The notes beneath the pieces were generated by a model. It was given only the letters and a program-made list of their open reading frames with translations, made no database searches and was not told where the DNA came from. Both the position numbers and the translations under genes were made by a program. DNA of 38,407 nucleotides from a virus (taxonomy: Duplodnaviria > Caudoviricetes): IMG/VR virus record IMGVR_UViG_3300012346_000007, positions 1-38,407 of that record; one strand, given 5' to 3'. Within the stretch, counting starts at the first letter, position 1. Each line of letters begins with the position of its first letter. This document shows positions 1 to 8,297 of the stretch, piece by piece.

Positions 1-1
1 A

Positions 2-907
2 TACTATGCGGCTCATACAGGGCGGTGGGGTGGAGACGATAAGATTAACTTACAAAACCTACCTAGTCGTGGGCAACACGGTGGCAAGCTAAAGAAAGCT
101 ATTGTGCCCCCTGAAGACTATGTAATGATTGACTGCGACTCATCTCAGATTGAGGCTCGGATTGTTGCATGGATGGCAGGACAGAACGACTTAGTAGAAG
201 CATTTGAAAAGGGTGAAGATGTTTACAAAATCATGGGTTCGGCTATCTATCAAAAGGATGCTACAGAAATCACGGCGCACGAAAGGTTCGTCGGCAAGAC
301 GACTATTCTCGGTGCAGGGTACGGCATGGGTGCTAAGAAATTCAAAGACCAACTCAAGACGTTTGGCGTGGACATTGAAGAGGGGGAGGCGAGTCGTATT
401 ATCAGGGTGTATCGGGAGACTTATCCTCAAATCCCTAAACTGTGGCAAGAGGCCGGTAGGTGTTTGGAAGCAATCCATACCAATAGACCTGCCCCATTCG
501 GCTTGGAAGGAGTCGTGTCATTCGATCACGTAAAGAAAGGCTTTCTATTACCTAGTGGGTTATGGCAACGCTATGAGACCTTACATCAAGTAACTGACCC
601 TGAAGGTAGAGCGCAGTTTGAATACAAGACTCGACGTGGTGCAGTTAAGTTATATGGTGGGAAGGTAGTGGAGAATCTATGCCAAGCAATTGCACGTTGC
701 GTGATAGCAGAACAAATGGTTAAAATATCCCAACGCTATAAAGTAGTCTTGACCGTACATGATGCAGTAGCTTGCATAGCACCCGAGGCAGAGGCGAAAG
801 AAGCACAAACGTATGTAGAAGAGTGTATGAAGTGGAGACCTAAATGGGCACAAACTTTACCACTTAACTGCGAATCAGGTATTGGTAAATCTTATGGAGA
901 GTGTTAA
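2..907 (+). CDS. polA: Family A DNA polymerase, C-terminal polymerase domain (5' partial)
   Basis: The frame is open from position 2 (YYAAHTGRWGGDDKINLQNLP), upstream of the ORF-track start at 104. It carries motif A DSSQIEAR, motif B RFVGKTTILGAGYG and motif C TVHD. Confidence 0.95.
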   Translation, partial: YYAAHTGRWGGDDKINLQNLPSRGQHGGKLKKAIVPPEDYVMIDCDSSQIEARIVAWMAGQNDLVEAFEKGEDVYKIMGSAIYQKDATEITAHERFVGKTTILGAGYGMGAKKFKDQLKTFGVDIEEGEASRIIRVYRETYPQIPKLWQEAGRCLEAIHTNRPAPFGLEGVVSFDHVKKGFLLPSGLWQRYETLHQVTDPEGRAQFEYKTRRGAVKLYGGKVVENLCQAIARCVIAEQMVKISQRYKVVLTVHDAVACIAPEAEAKEAQTYVEECMKWRPKWAQTLPLNCESGIGKSYGEC

Positions 908-910
908 ACA

Positions 911-1081
911 ATGGACTACGCAGAATTCTTATTAGAAGCAAGAAAGAACTTGAAATTATATGAAGAAGCTGTTATAAAAAGGGACTTCGAGAAAGCACAC
1001 GAACACGCATTAAATACGTTTGCTGAAGTCCGATTACTAATGCAGATTGCGAAAGATTCAAAGGATGTCAAAAAGGGATAG
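911..1081 (+). CDS. Hypothetical 56-aa protein (missed by the ORF track)
   Basis: ATG911 to TAG1081 encodes MDYAEFLLEARKNLKLYEEAV...KKG. GGAG lies upstream and the ORF fills the gap between pol and the next gene. Confidence 0.7.
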   Translation: MDYAEFLLEARKNLKLYEEAVIKRDFEKAHEHALNTFAEVRLLMQIAKDSKDVKKG

Positions 1082-1259
1082 ACCGATGCAAGCCGACATG
1101 ACCCAACAGGAGGTAGCAGATGCCTTGGGTACGACAAGGGCGGCAGTTGCAGACATCGAGAAGCGAGCATTACGTAAGCTACGAAACGAGTTATCAAAAC
1201 GTGGCTATACGATGGAAGATTTTTTCACTTATCAAAAGAAGAGGGTACTAAAAATATGA
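1065..1259 (+). CDS. Small HTH protein, sigma-70 region 4-like
   Basis: MTQQEVADALGTTRAAVADIEKRALRKLR resembles the sigma region 4.2 pattern (TLEEVG...VTRERIRQIEAKALRKLR). ATG1065 is preferred over TTG1047. Confidence 0.75.
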   Translation: MSKRDRPMQADMTQQEVADALGTTRAAVADIEKRALRKLRNELSKRGYTMEDFFTYQKKRVLKI

Positions 1260-1570
1260 TTACATTAACAGACGACCAACGCAACCGTTTGATGAACGTG
1301 GCGACTAGATTAACACCTGATGACCGTGCTAAACAAACATTGGCAGAAAGCCAAGCAATTGCAGACCGAATTGACAAGGTGCTATATGAACTGCATATGG
1401 AGAACCCATTAGCGTTTGTAACCAACGCATCACTTACCTTAGCTGGTCCTGAATTCTTACCTATTCATGCAATGATTCGCCGTCGTAAGTTTTACGATGA
1501 ACCTGCAAAGCCAGCAGTTAAGTCCAACGAATACGCTACTTTTACTAGATCTAAGCATGAAGCCAAATAA
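1256..1570 (+). CDS. Hypothetical protein
   Basis: ATGA overlap with the upstream gene, GAGGG RBS, in operon orientation. Confidence 0.7.
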   Translation: MITLTDDQRNRLMNVATRLTPDDRAKQTLAESQAIADRIDKVLYELHMENPLAFVTNASLTLAGPEFLPIHAMIRRRKFYDEPAKPAVKSNEYATFTRSKHEAK

Positions 1571-1859
1571 CTATCAAAAGATTGAAGATGGTATTAGTGC
1601 GGTATGGGGTGTTAAAGATGTTGTTGATACACTCATGTGGAGATACGTAGACCATCCTAAAGTAATGACCGAAGATGAGGTATGGAATCACTTATCCGCA
1701 ATCTCATGCCTACTAGACTTGCACTGCGAGAGGCTGATGGATACTTACTGCCAAGTGTACGAGTTAAATCAGTATGCAAGCGATGAGGTTAAGGCAAAAA
1801 GGGCAGAGGTACTTAGTCAGCTAGTCAACCCACCTAAAGCAAAGGCTAAAAAGAAATGA
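1557..1859 (+). CDS. Hypothetical protein
   Basis: Likely start ATG1557 (MKPNNYQK), which minimises overlap. Its stop overlaps the next ATG (ATGA). Confidence 0.65.
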   Translation: MKPNNYQKIEDGISAVWGVKDVVDTLMWRYVDHPKVMTEDEVWNHLSAISCLLDLHCERLMDTYCQVYELNQYASDEVKAKRAEVLSQLVNPPKAKAKKK

Positions 1860-2419
1860 ACTTCACAGAAGATTGGTTCAGTCATAACATTCCTAACTTT
1901 GAAACTTGTATGTCAGCTTTAAACAAGCGAGACTTATTCTTGGAGATAGGTAGTTTTGAAGGGCGCTCTACTTGCTGGTTATTACAAAATGGTTTAGATA
2001 CCGATGGAGAGTTTACTTGTATAGACCCATTTAGTGGCGGTGTTGAGCATGGTGGTATTGACTTCAAAGCGGTAGAAGAACGGTTCCATGCCAATACACA
2101 AGAAGCACGACGGGGTACTCAGTTTATTGACCTGATTAAATCTACTTCCTATGATGCGTTATCTTGGCTTATTCAGGATACAATTAGCACCCCTTGCTAC
2201 GACTTTATATATGTAGATGGTAGCCACGCTCCTGACGTTGCTCTTACTGATGCTTGCATGGCATGGGGGTTATTAAGACAAGGTGGGGTTATGTTGTTTG
2301 ACGACTATAAGTACCCACACGAGCCGACTAAGGTGGGGATTGATGCTTTTCTTAGTGGGTTTGAAGGTAAGTACGACATTATCCTAAACAACTACCAACT
2401 GGCGGTTCAAAAGAAATGA
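1856..2419 (+). CDS. Class I SAM-dependent methyltransferase (Methyltransf_24-like)
   Basis: LEIGSFEGRS motif I, YDFIYVDGSH and GGVMLFDDY. Confidence 0.85.
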   Translation: MNFTEDWFSHNIPNFETCMSALNKRDLFLEIGSFEGRSTCWLLQNGLDTDGEFTCIDPFSGGVEHGGIDFKAVEERFHANTQEARRGTQFIDLIKSTSYDALSWLIQDTISTPCYDFIYVDGSHAPDVALTDACMAWGLLRQGGVMLFDDYKYPHEPTKVGIDAFLSGFEGKYDIILNNYQLAVQKK

Positions 2420-3150
2420 CCCGTATTGCAGTCATAACACCGACCATAGGGACACACTACTTAACTGACGCTATTCATAGTGTTGGTATGCAAGCCGAGC
2501 ATTGGTTTGTAGTAGATGGTATTCCCTATGCTCAACCTGTTATCAGTAGGATAGAAGCACATCGGTACAACCCACGACTAATTATTCTTCCTGAGAATAC
2601 TGGCACTCCGCTTAAGAGTTTTAATGGCTTGCCTTACACGGGGTTCTTTAATGGGTATCGTATCAATGCGGCAATACCCCTGCTTACAAATGCAGACTAC
2701 ATTATGTTCTTAGATGAAGATAATTGGTTTGAGCCTGACCACATACCATCTATGGTTAAGTTATTAGAAGAGAAGAACTTAGACTGGTGCTACTCACTAC
2801 GCAAGATTGTAGATGTTGATGGTAACTTTTTATTCAATGACGACTGCGATAGTTTAGGCGAGTATCCTAGCTGGAAGCATGGGCACAAGTTTGTAGACAT
2901 GAACTGCTACCTATTTAAGAACTGTGTGATTAGTCAGATTGCTCATACCCTGTTCGATCTAGTGCATACCTACGATGGGGATAAAAACTTATTTAAAGAA
3001 GCAAGCAACCGATACCCTAACTTTGCTGGTACTGGTAAATATACAGTTAACTACCGTATGACAAGACCTAACCAAGAAGATTGGTATAGAGAAGGCAACG
3101 AAGTAATTAGAAAACAATACAGTCTCAACTTTCCTTGGAGCGAACTATGA
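2416..3150 (+). CDS. GT-A fold glycosyltransferase, family 2-like
   Basis: N-terminal IAVITPT, VVDG, DxD motif in YIMFLDEDNWF, and a later DGD motif. Confidence 0.85.
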   Translation: MTRIAVITPTIGTHYLTDAIHSVGMQAEHWFVVDGIPYAQPVISRIEAHRYNPRLIILPENTGTPLKSFNGLPYTGFFNGYRINAAIPLLTNADYIMFLDEDNWFEPDHIPSMVKLLEEKNLDWCYSLRKIVDVDGNFLFNDDCDSLGEYPSWKHGHKFVDMNCYLFKNCVISQIAHTLFDLVHTYDGDKNLFKEASNRYPNFAGTGKYTVNYRMTRPNQEDWYREGNEVIRKQYSLNFPWSEL

Positions 3151-3908
3151 CTAAAGAAGTATCCTTAACCCCTCAAATACTTGTAGCTACACCAATGTAT
3201 GGTGGTATGTGTCATGGGTCTTATACCCTAGGCATGATTCAAATGGTAAGTGTGTTTACCCAAGCTAGAGTCCCATTCCAATACAGCTACATGATGAACG
3301 AGTCTTTAATTACCCGTGCTCGTAACAGCTTGGCAAACGACTTTCTAGCTACTGACTGTACCCACATGATGTTTATTGATGCCGACATTGGGTTTAACTC
3401 AAACGACATCTTGCGTATGATTAACGCTAACAAAGACATTATCTGTGGTATCTACCCTAAGAAAGAAATTGATTGGGTTCAAGTAACTAAAGCCGTAAAA
3501 GATGGAGTACCTCCACAAGATCTTAAAAACCACACAGGTGCGTTTGTGGTAAACCTAGTAGACGATGCCGCATCTGCACAAGGCGATGTTAATTCTCCTA
3601 TTCAGATTGCTAATGGCGGTACAGGATTTATGCTGATCCAACGTAAGGTATTTGAAGGGTTAATTGGCAAGGTTCCAACCTACAACAACGATATGTTCTT
3701 AGCGATAGATACAGAACGTAAGCCAAAAGTAATTAACGAATTCTTTGCCACAAGCATTGACGCTACATCAGGTAATCGTTTATTATCAGAAGACTACCAT
3801 TTCTGCAAGATTGCTAGAGACCAAGGCTTTACAGTTTGGGCGGCACCTTGGGCACAGTTAGCGCATTGTGGTTCTTACATCTTTAACGGACAGTTACCAA
3901 AAGCATGA
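3147..3908 (+). CDS. GT-A fold glycosyltransferase-like protein
   Basis: ILVATPMY, ESLITRARN, MFIDADI (DxD), GTGFMLI and LSEDYHFC. ATG3147 overlaps the previous stop (ATGA). Confidence 0.8.
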   Translation: MTKEVSLTPQILVATPMYGGMCHGSYTLGMIQMVSVFTQARVPFQYSYMMNESLITRARNSLANDFLATDCTHMMFIDADIGFNSNDILRMINANKDIICGIYPKKEIDWVQVTKAVKDGVPPQDLKNHTGAFVVNLVDDAASAQGDVNSPIQIANGGTGFMLIQRKVFEGLIGKVPTYNNDMFLAIDTERKPKVINEFFATSIDATSGNRLLSEDYHFCKIARDQGFTVWAAPWAQLAHCGSYIFNGQLPKA

Positions 3909-4576
3909 CAGTTAAATACACTTGGTCGTACTCATCAATAAACCTGTTTAAGCAATGCCCACATAAATATTACCGCCTTCGGGTGGTAAAGGACATTGTC
4001 GAACCCCCAGCAGAGCATTTGAATTACGGCTTAGAAGTGCATAAAGCGGCTGAGGATTACATCGGTAAGGGCACACCAATCCCTGAAAAATATATCTTTA
4101 TTAAAGAACACTTGGATAAGCTAAATCTTATTAAAGGCGAGAAGCTTTGTGAATATAAGATGGGGCTTACCAGCAACTTAGAGCCATGTGGGTTCTTTGA
4201 TAAGGATGTATGGTGGAGGGGTGTTGCAGACTTGATTATTCTCAACGGCGATAAGGCGTATGTCATTGATTATAAAACAGGTAAATCCGCTAAGTATGCG
4301 GATACTAAACAGTTAGAACTGCTTTCCTGTGCGTTATTTAAGCACTTTCCTAACGTCAAAAAGGTCAAAGGTGGGTTATTATTTGTAGTATCCAACGACC
4401 TTGTCAAAGACAACTATGAAGCCGATAATGAGGGGGTTTACTGGACTAAATGGTTAGAAGATACCCAACGTTTAGAAGCGGCAATCCAAAATGATGTTTG
4501 GAATAAGAAGCCTAACTTCTCGTGCCGTGCATGGTGTTCTATAACCGACTGTGAACACAACGGAAAGAACCATTGA
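3905..4576 (+). CDS. PD-(D/E)XK exonuclease, Cas4/RecB-like with probable Fe-S cysteines
   Basis: WSYSS...CP, G-x-E-V-H, ADLII...IDYKTG, QLxL, and C-terminal CRAWCSITDC. Confidence 0.85.
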   Translation: MTVKYTWSYSSINLFKQCPHKYYRLRVVKDIVEPPAEHLNYGLEVHKAAEDYIGKGTPIPEKYIFIKEHLDKLNLIKGEKLCEYKMGLTSNLEPCGFFDKDVWWRGVADLIILNGDKAYVIDYKTGKSAKYADTKQLELLSCALFKHFPNVKKVKGGLLFVVSNDLVKDNYEADNEGVYWTKWLEDTQRLEAAIQNDVWNKKPNFSCRAWCSITDCEHNGKNH

Positions 4577-4577
4577 T

Positions 4578-4889
4578 ATGCCATACACTAAAACACCTAG
4601 ACCCTACGACCATGAATATGACATGGAAAAGAAGCGTGGGGAACATGAGCGCCGAATGGAGCGTCAACGTGCAAGACGTGCTATTGATAAACGTGATACA
4701 GGTACAGTATTAAAGAAGTCACCTAAACGTGCAGGTAAAGATGTAGCCCACGTAAAAGCGTTAGACAAAGGTGGTAGCAATAAAGACGGTGTAGTAATAC
4801 AATCTGCATCTAAGAACCGTAGCTTTAAACGAGATTCAAAAGGTAACTTAGTAAGAGAAGTAAGTACCAAAGAACGTAAGAAGAAATAA
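4578..4889 (+). CDS. Small HNH endonuclease-like protein
   Basis: DVAHVKALDKGGSNKDG...SKNRS matches the HNH/HNN core. The protein is basic and ATG4578 follows the previous stop. Confidence 0.75.
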   Translation: MPYTKTPRPYDHEYDMEKKRGEHERRMERQRARRAIDKRDTGTVLKKSPKRAGKDVAHVKALDKGGSNKDGVVIQSASKNRSFKRDSKGNLVREVSTKERKKK

Positions 4890-4929
4890 TTTTGTTGCAT
4901 AGTTAGGAAGTTAGATACGAGTGCTACTA

Positions 4930-5076
4930 ACGGGTTGACTTCATTTCCCATATAACCGTATCAGTTAAGGCTATTAGTTAGATGTTTTCCCTTCACGGGG
5001 CATCTTCCCTCCGAGATAGTGACTTAACCGATTGACCTCCGTAAGGGGTCGTTTTAATCAAAACGTGTGTTTTGGT
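4930..5076 (+). other. Putative structured intergenic element (four consecutive hairpins) upstream of the helicase
   Basis: Pairings seen by eye: 4930-4937/4953-4959; a long imperfect stem 4960-4991/4997-5032; a GTAA (GNRA) hairpin 5034-5050; and 5057-5064/5069-5076. Confidence 0.55.
5034..5055 (+). terminator. Possible intrinsic terminator or attenuator hairpin
   Basis: GACCTCC-GTAA-GGGGTC followed by GTTTT (short U-tract). Confidence 0.4.
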
Positions 5077-5098
5077 CGTATTCCTATTGGAGAAGAGA

Positions 5099-6649
5099 TT
5101 GCAAATCATAGAAAATAAGGCGTTGCTACTTAAAGTACGTGACCCAAATCGCATTACCACAGTAATACCAAGAAGCAAAGTATTAGATACAGGTGAGGTG
5201 CTAGTTAAGTGGGGGCTAGATGAAGCTCAAGTATTAAAGAACCTACGATACAAAGATGTACCATCGCCAATCCGTGCACATTATAACTGGCCTGGCCTGT
5301 ATAAACCGTTTGCACACCAACGTACAACTGCTGAGTTTCTGACTCTGCACCGCCGAGCCTTTTGTTTTAACGAACAAGGCACAGGTAAAACAGGCTCAGT
5401 TATATGGGCGGCTGACTACTTAATGAACATTGGGGTTATTAAACGGGTGCTGGTTCTATGCCCACTATCCATCATGCAATCGGCTTGGCAGAACGACTTG
5501 TTCAGGTTTGCTATGCACAGGACAACGGCAATCGCTCATAGCTACTCAAGAGAGAAACGTATCAAAGCCGTACAAAGCGATGCTGAATTTGTTATCTGTA
5601 ACTTTGATGGGCTAGGCATTATCAGAGATGCGGTGTTTGAACAGGACTTTGACCTAGTAGTTATTGACGAAGCCAATGCTTACAAGACCGTATCCACAAC
5701 ACGTTGGAAAACTCTTAACTCAATTATCAGACCTAAGACTTGGCTATGGATGTTAACAGGCACACCAGCCTCACAGTCCCCAACAGATGCGTATGGCTTA
5801 GCACGATTGATTAACCCACAAGGGGTTCCAAGATTCTATGGTTCTTTCCGAGACATGGTGATGTTTAAGCTGACCCAGTTTAAGTGGGTTCCAAAACCTA
5901 ATTCAGAGCAGACAGTTCACACAGTATTGCAACCTGCAATACGCTTCACAAAAGAAGAGTGCCTTGATCTACCTGACATGACATACACAACTAGGGATAT
6001 ACCCTTAACTGCACAACAAGAAAAGTATTACGAAGCTATCAGAAAAGATATGTTAGTGGTAGCCGCAGGGGAAGAAATTACAACAGTCAACGCCGCCGCA
6101 AACTTGAATAAATTACTCCAGCTTTCATGTGGTGCAGTCTATTCGGATAGTGGAGAGGTCGTTGAGTTCGATGCCTCTAATAGAATCAATGCGTTAAAGG
6201 AAGTGATTGACGAGGCTAGTCATAAGGTGTTAATATTTGTGCCCTATCGACACGCTATTGAGATTGTTACGGAAGAATTGAAAAGGTCAGGATATACTGC
6301 GGAAATTATAAATGGTGCAGTCTCAGCAGGTAATCGCACAGACATCTTTGCTCGTTTTCAAGGCGACAAAAACCCACAAGTCCTTGTAATCCAACCACAA
6401 TCTGCGGCACATGGAGTAACACTAACTGCGGCTAATGTAGTGGTATGGTTTTCCCCTATTACTTCAGTTGAAACTTATCTGCAAGCTAACGCTAGGGTAC
6501 ATAGAGCAGGGCAACACAACCCTTGCACAGTAGTGCACTTACAAGGGTCCCCAGTAGAAAAGAAAATGTACAAGATGTTACAAGGGAAGGTAGATATACA
6601 TACAAAAATGATTGACCTTTATAAAAATATAATTGAAGATGACTCTTGA
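5099..6649 (+). CDS. SNF2-family (SF2) helicase/ATPase
   Basis: EQGTGKT Walker A, IDEA Walker B, LTGTP motif III and QANARVHRAGQ motif VI. Start is likely TTG5099 after the GGAGAAGA RBS. Confidence 0.92.
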   Translation: MQIIENKALLLKVRDPNRITTVIPRSKVLDTGEVLVKWGLDEAQVLKNLRYKDVPSPIRAHYNWPGLYKPFAHQRTTAEFLTLHRRAFCFNEQGTGKTGSVIWAADYLMNIGVIKRVLVLCPLSIMQSAWQNDLFRFAMHRTTAIAHSYSREKRIKAVQSDAEFVICNFDGLGIIRDAVFEQDFDLVVIDEANAYKTVSTTRWKTLNSIIRPKTWLWMLTGTPASQSPTDAYGLARLINPQGVPRFYGSFRDMVMFKLTQFKWVPKPNSEQTVHTVLQPAIRFTKEECLDLPDMTYTTRDIPLTAQQEKYYEAIRKDMLVVAAGEEITTVNAAANLNKLLQLSCGAVYSDSGEVVEFDASNRINALKEVIDEASHKVLIFVPYRHAIEIVTEELKRSGYTAEIINGAVSAGNRTDIFARFQGDKNPQVLVIQPQSAAHGVTLTAANVVVWFSPITSVETYLQANARVHRAGQHNPCTVVHLQGSPVEKKMYKMLQGKVDIHTKMIDLYKNIIEDDS

Positions 6650-6674
6650 CATTGTAAAGGTTTGGCATTACATT
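6646..6674 (+). promoter_or_regulatory. Sigma-70 promoter
   Basis: TTGACA (6646-6651), 17-nt spacer, TACATT (6669-6674), directly upstream of the RBS and ATG6698. Confidence 0.75.
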
Positions 6675-6697
6675 ATAGATATAACGAAGGAGAAGAG

Positions 6698-7078
6698 ATG
6701 AGTGATATAACCGCAGATAAGCTAGTCAAGGCTTACATAAAGATTAGAGATAAACGTGCAGAACTATCTAAGCAAGATAGAGAACTAGAAGAGCAAATGG
6801 AAGTTATACAAACCGAACTACTTAGCATTTGCAAGGACACAGGAGCCGATGGATTAAAGACCCAGTATGGAACTGTAAGCCGTAGATTAAGTAAAAGATA
6901 TTGGACAAGTGACTGGGAATCTTTTTATGCGTTCATTAAAGAACACGATGCTATGCACTTTTTACATCAAAGAATTTCTAATGCGAATGTGGAAACATTC
7001 TTAGAGGAAAACCCCGATTTGCACCCGCCGGGGCTTCAAGCGGATGCGTCTTACACAGTAACAGTACGTCGTAAATAA
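6698..7078 (+). CDS. Conserved phage protein with N-terminal coiled coil (Gam/Gp157-like)
   Basis: AGGAGAAGAG RBS before ATG6698. A coiled coil is followed by KTQYGTV...DW...PPGL. The family assignment is tentative. Confidence 0.6.
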   Translation: MSDITADKLVKAYIKIRDKRAELSKQDRELEEQMEVIQTELLSICKDTGADGLKTQYGTVSRRLSKRYWTSDWESFYAFIKEHDAMHFLHQRISNANVETFLEENPDLHPPGLQADASYTVTVRRK

Positions 7079-7087
7079 CAGGAGAAG

Positions 7088-7975
7088 ATGATGAGTAAAG
7101 AACTCGCAATGTTGGACATGAATTTACCAGCGCATTTACAAGCGTTGGAGTTGGACGATACTACTAAAGCCCTTATGGGTAGCGGTGGTAGCGGTAGTAA
7201 ACGTATCTCTATTGAGGGTGGCGTATGGCGCTTGCTCGTAAATGGTAAAGAGATTGCACAGAAAGAAGAGCGTAATCTTAATGTGGTTATCGTAGCGGCT
7301 TCCTCAAAGGTTGCTCGTACGTACTACGCTGGTACTTATAAGAAGGGTGTATCTGCACCTCCTGATTGCTGGTCTGCTAACGGCGACTATCCTGATAAGT
7401 CTGTTGAATCCCCACAAGCTACTGGGTGCGCTAACTGCCCACAGAACATTAAAGGTTCAGGTCAGGGTGATGGTCGTGCTTGCCGATTCAGCCAACGTAT
7501 TGCAGTAGTTTTGGATAACGATATTGGTGGCGATGTATTCCAATTGGTACTTCCTTCTACATCAATCTTCGGTGAGGGTGAAGCTGGTAAGTGGCCTTTG
7601 CAGATGTACGCTAAGATGATCGGTGCTAAAGGTGTTCCTATTACTGCAGTTGTAACTGAGATGCGTTTTGATACTGCAAGCTCTACACCTAAGATTACTT
7701 TCAAACCCGTACGTTTCTTAGAAGCTAACGAGATTGAGAAAGCAATCGACCAAGGTAAGAGCACTGAGGCAATCAAAGCAATTACCATGACAGTAGCTAA
7801 AGTAGATAAAGACGCACCTAAGTTAGATGCTCCAGCTAAGGTTGAAGTTAAGTCTGTTGCCGTTGAAGTAGAGGGTGTTGAATCCGAACCTACTAAACGT
7901 ACTACTAAGAAAGAAGAGCCAGCCGCTAAGAAGGACTTAAGCAAGATTCTTTCTGACTGGGATGAAGAGGAGTAA
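7088..7975 (+). CDS. Putative single-stranded DNA-binding/annealing protein
   Basis: Lies between helicase and primase and has Cys residues (PDCWS, CANC, ACR), a flexible linker and an acidic C-terminal tail WDEEE. Start is 7088 or 7091. Confidence 0.6.
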   Translation: MMSKELAMLDMNLPAHLQALELDDTTKALMGSGGSGSKRISIEGGVWRLLVNGKEIAQKEERNLNVVIVAASSKVARTYYAGTYKKGVSAPPDCWSANGDYPDKSVESPQATGCANCPQNIKGSGQGDGRACRFSQRIAVVLDNDIGGDVFQLVLPSTSIFGEGEAGKWPLQMYAKMIGAKGVPITAVVTEMRFDTASSTPKITFKPVRFLEANEIEKAIDQGKSTEAIKAITMTVAKVDKDAPKLDAPAKVEVKSVAVEVEGVESEPTKRTTKKEEPAAKKDLSKILSDWDEEE

Positions 7976-7977
7976 TC

Positions 7978-8208
7978 ATGTCCAAAGGATATGCGAGTAG
8001 CTTTATCAATGAGGTAAATGCTTCGGACAAATCCAAGATAGGGGTACAGCTGGGAATCGTATGCACCAAACGGGATATTCCTGTAACTGATGTGTCTGAT
8101 TTCTTTACTGTATCCCGCATGACGGTCTACTCTTGGTTTCGTGGTAAAACTAATGTCCCTGAGAAACATTGGGACAAGATGAAAAAACTTGTTGATAAAT
8201 TGAAATAG
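7978..8208 (+). CDS. Small Cro/XRE-like HTH protein
   Basis: VTDVSDFFTVSRMTVYSWFRG HTH pattern and GAGGAG RBS. Confidence 0.75.
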   Translation: MSKGYASSFINEVNASDKSKIGVQLGIVCTKRDIPVTDVSDFFTVSRMTVYSWFRGKTNVPEKHWDKMKKLVDKLK

Positions 8209-8214
8209 TTGTGT

Positions 8215-8297
8215 GGGGGGCTAGGTTAGCTACCGAAAAGGATATACCGCCGTCTATCCCTGCCCATCCCTTTTTATAATGACGGCTAAAGGCGGCT
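8215..8297 (+). promoter_or_regulatory. Putative cis-regulatory RNA structure in the primase leader
   Basis: Stems GGGC 8218-21/GCCC 8262-65, GGT 8224-26/ACC 8232-34 and GGATA 8240-44/TATCC 8255-59. The loop TACCGCCGTC is complementary to 8281-8286 and 8291-8295. Confidence 0.55.

Noticed and set aside
3905-4576. CRISPR-Cas locus suggested by the Cas4-like nuclease
   Set aside because: No repeat-spacer array or other cas gene is visible. Solo Cas4-like nucleases are common in phage replication modules.
4578-5098. Group I intron or homing element (HNH gene next to structured RNA)
   Set aside because: The flanking genes are intact and not split, and I cannot identify group I core elements.
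8215-8270. Hammerhead ribozyme or tRNA (three stems with a GAAA linker)
   Set aside because: It lacks the CUGANGA core, and has no T-loop or D-loop consensus for a tRNA.
8275-8280. Perfect TATAAT upstream of the primase
   Set aside because: There is no -35 or extended -10 at the proper spacing, so it is insufficient to call a promoter.
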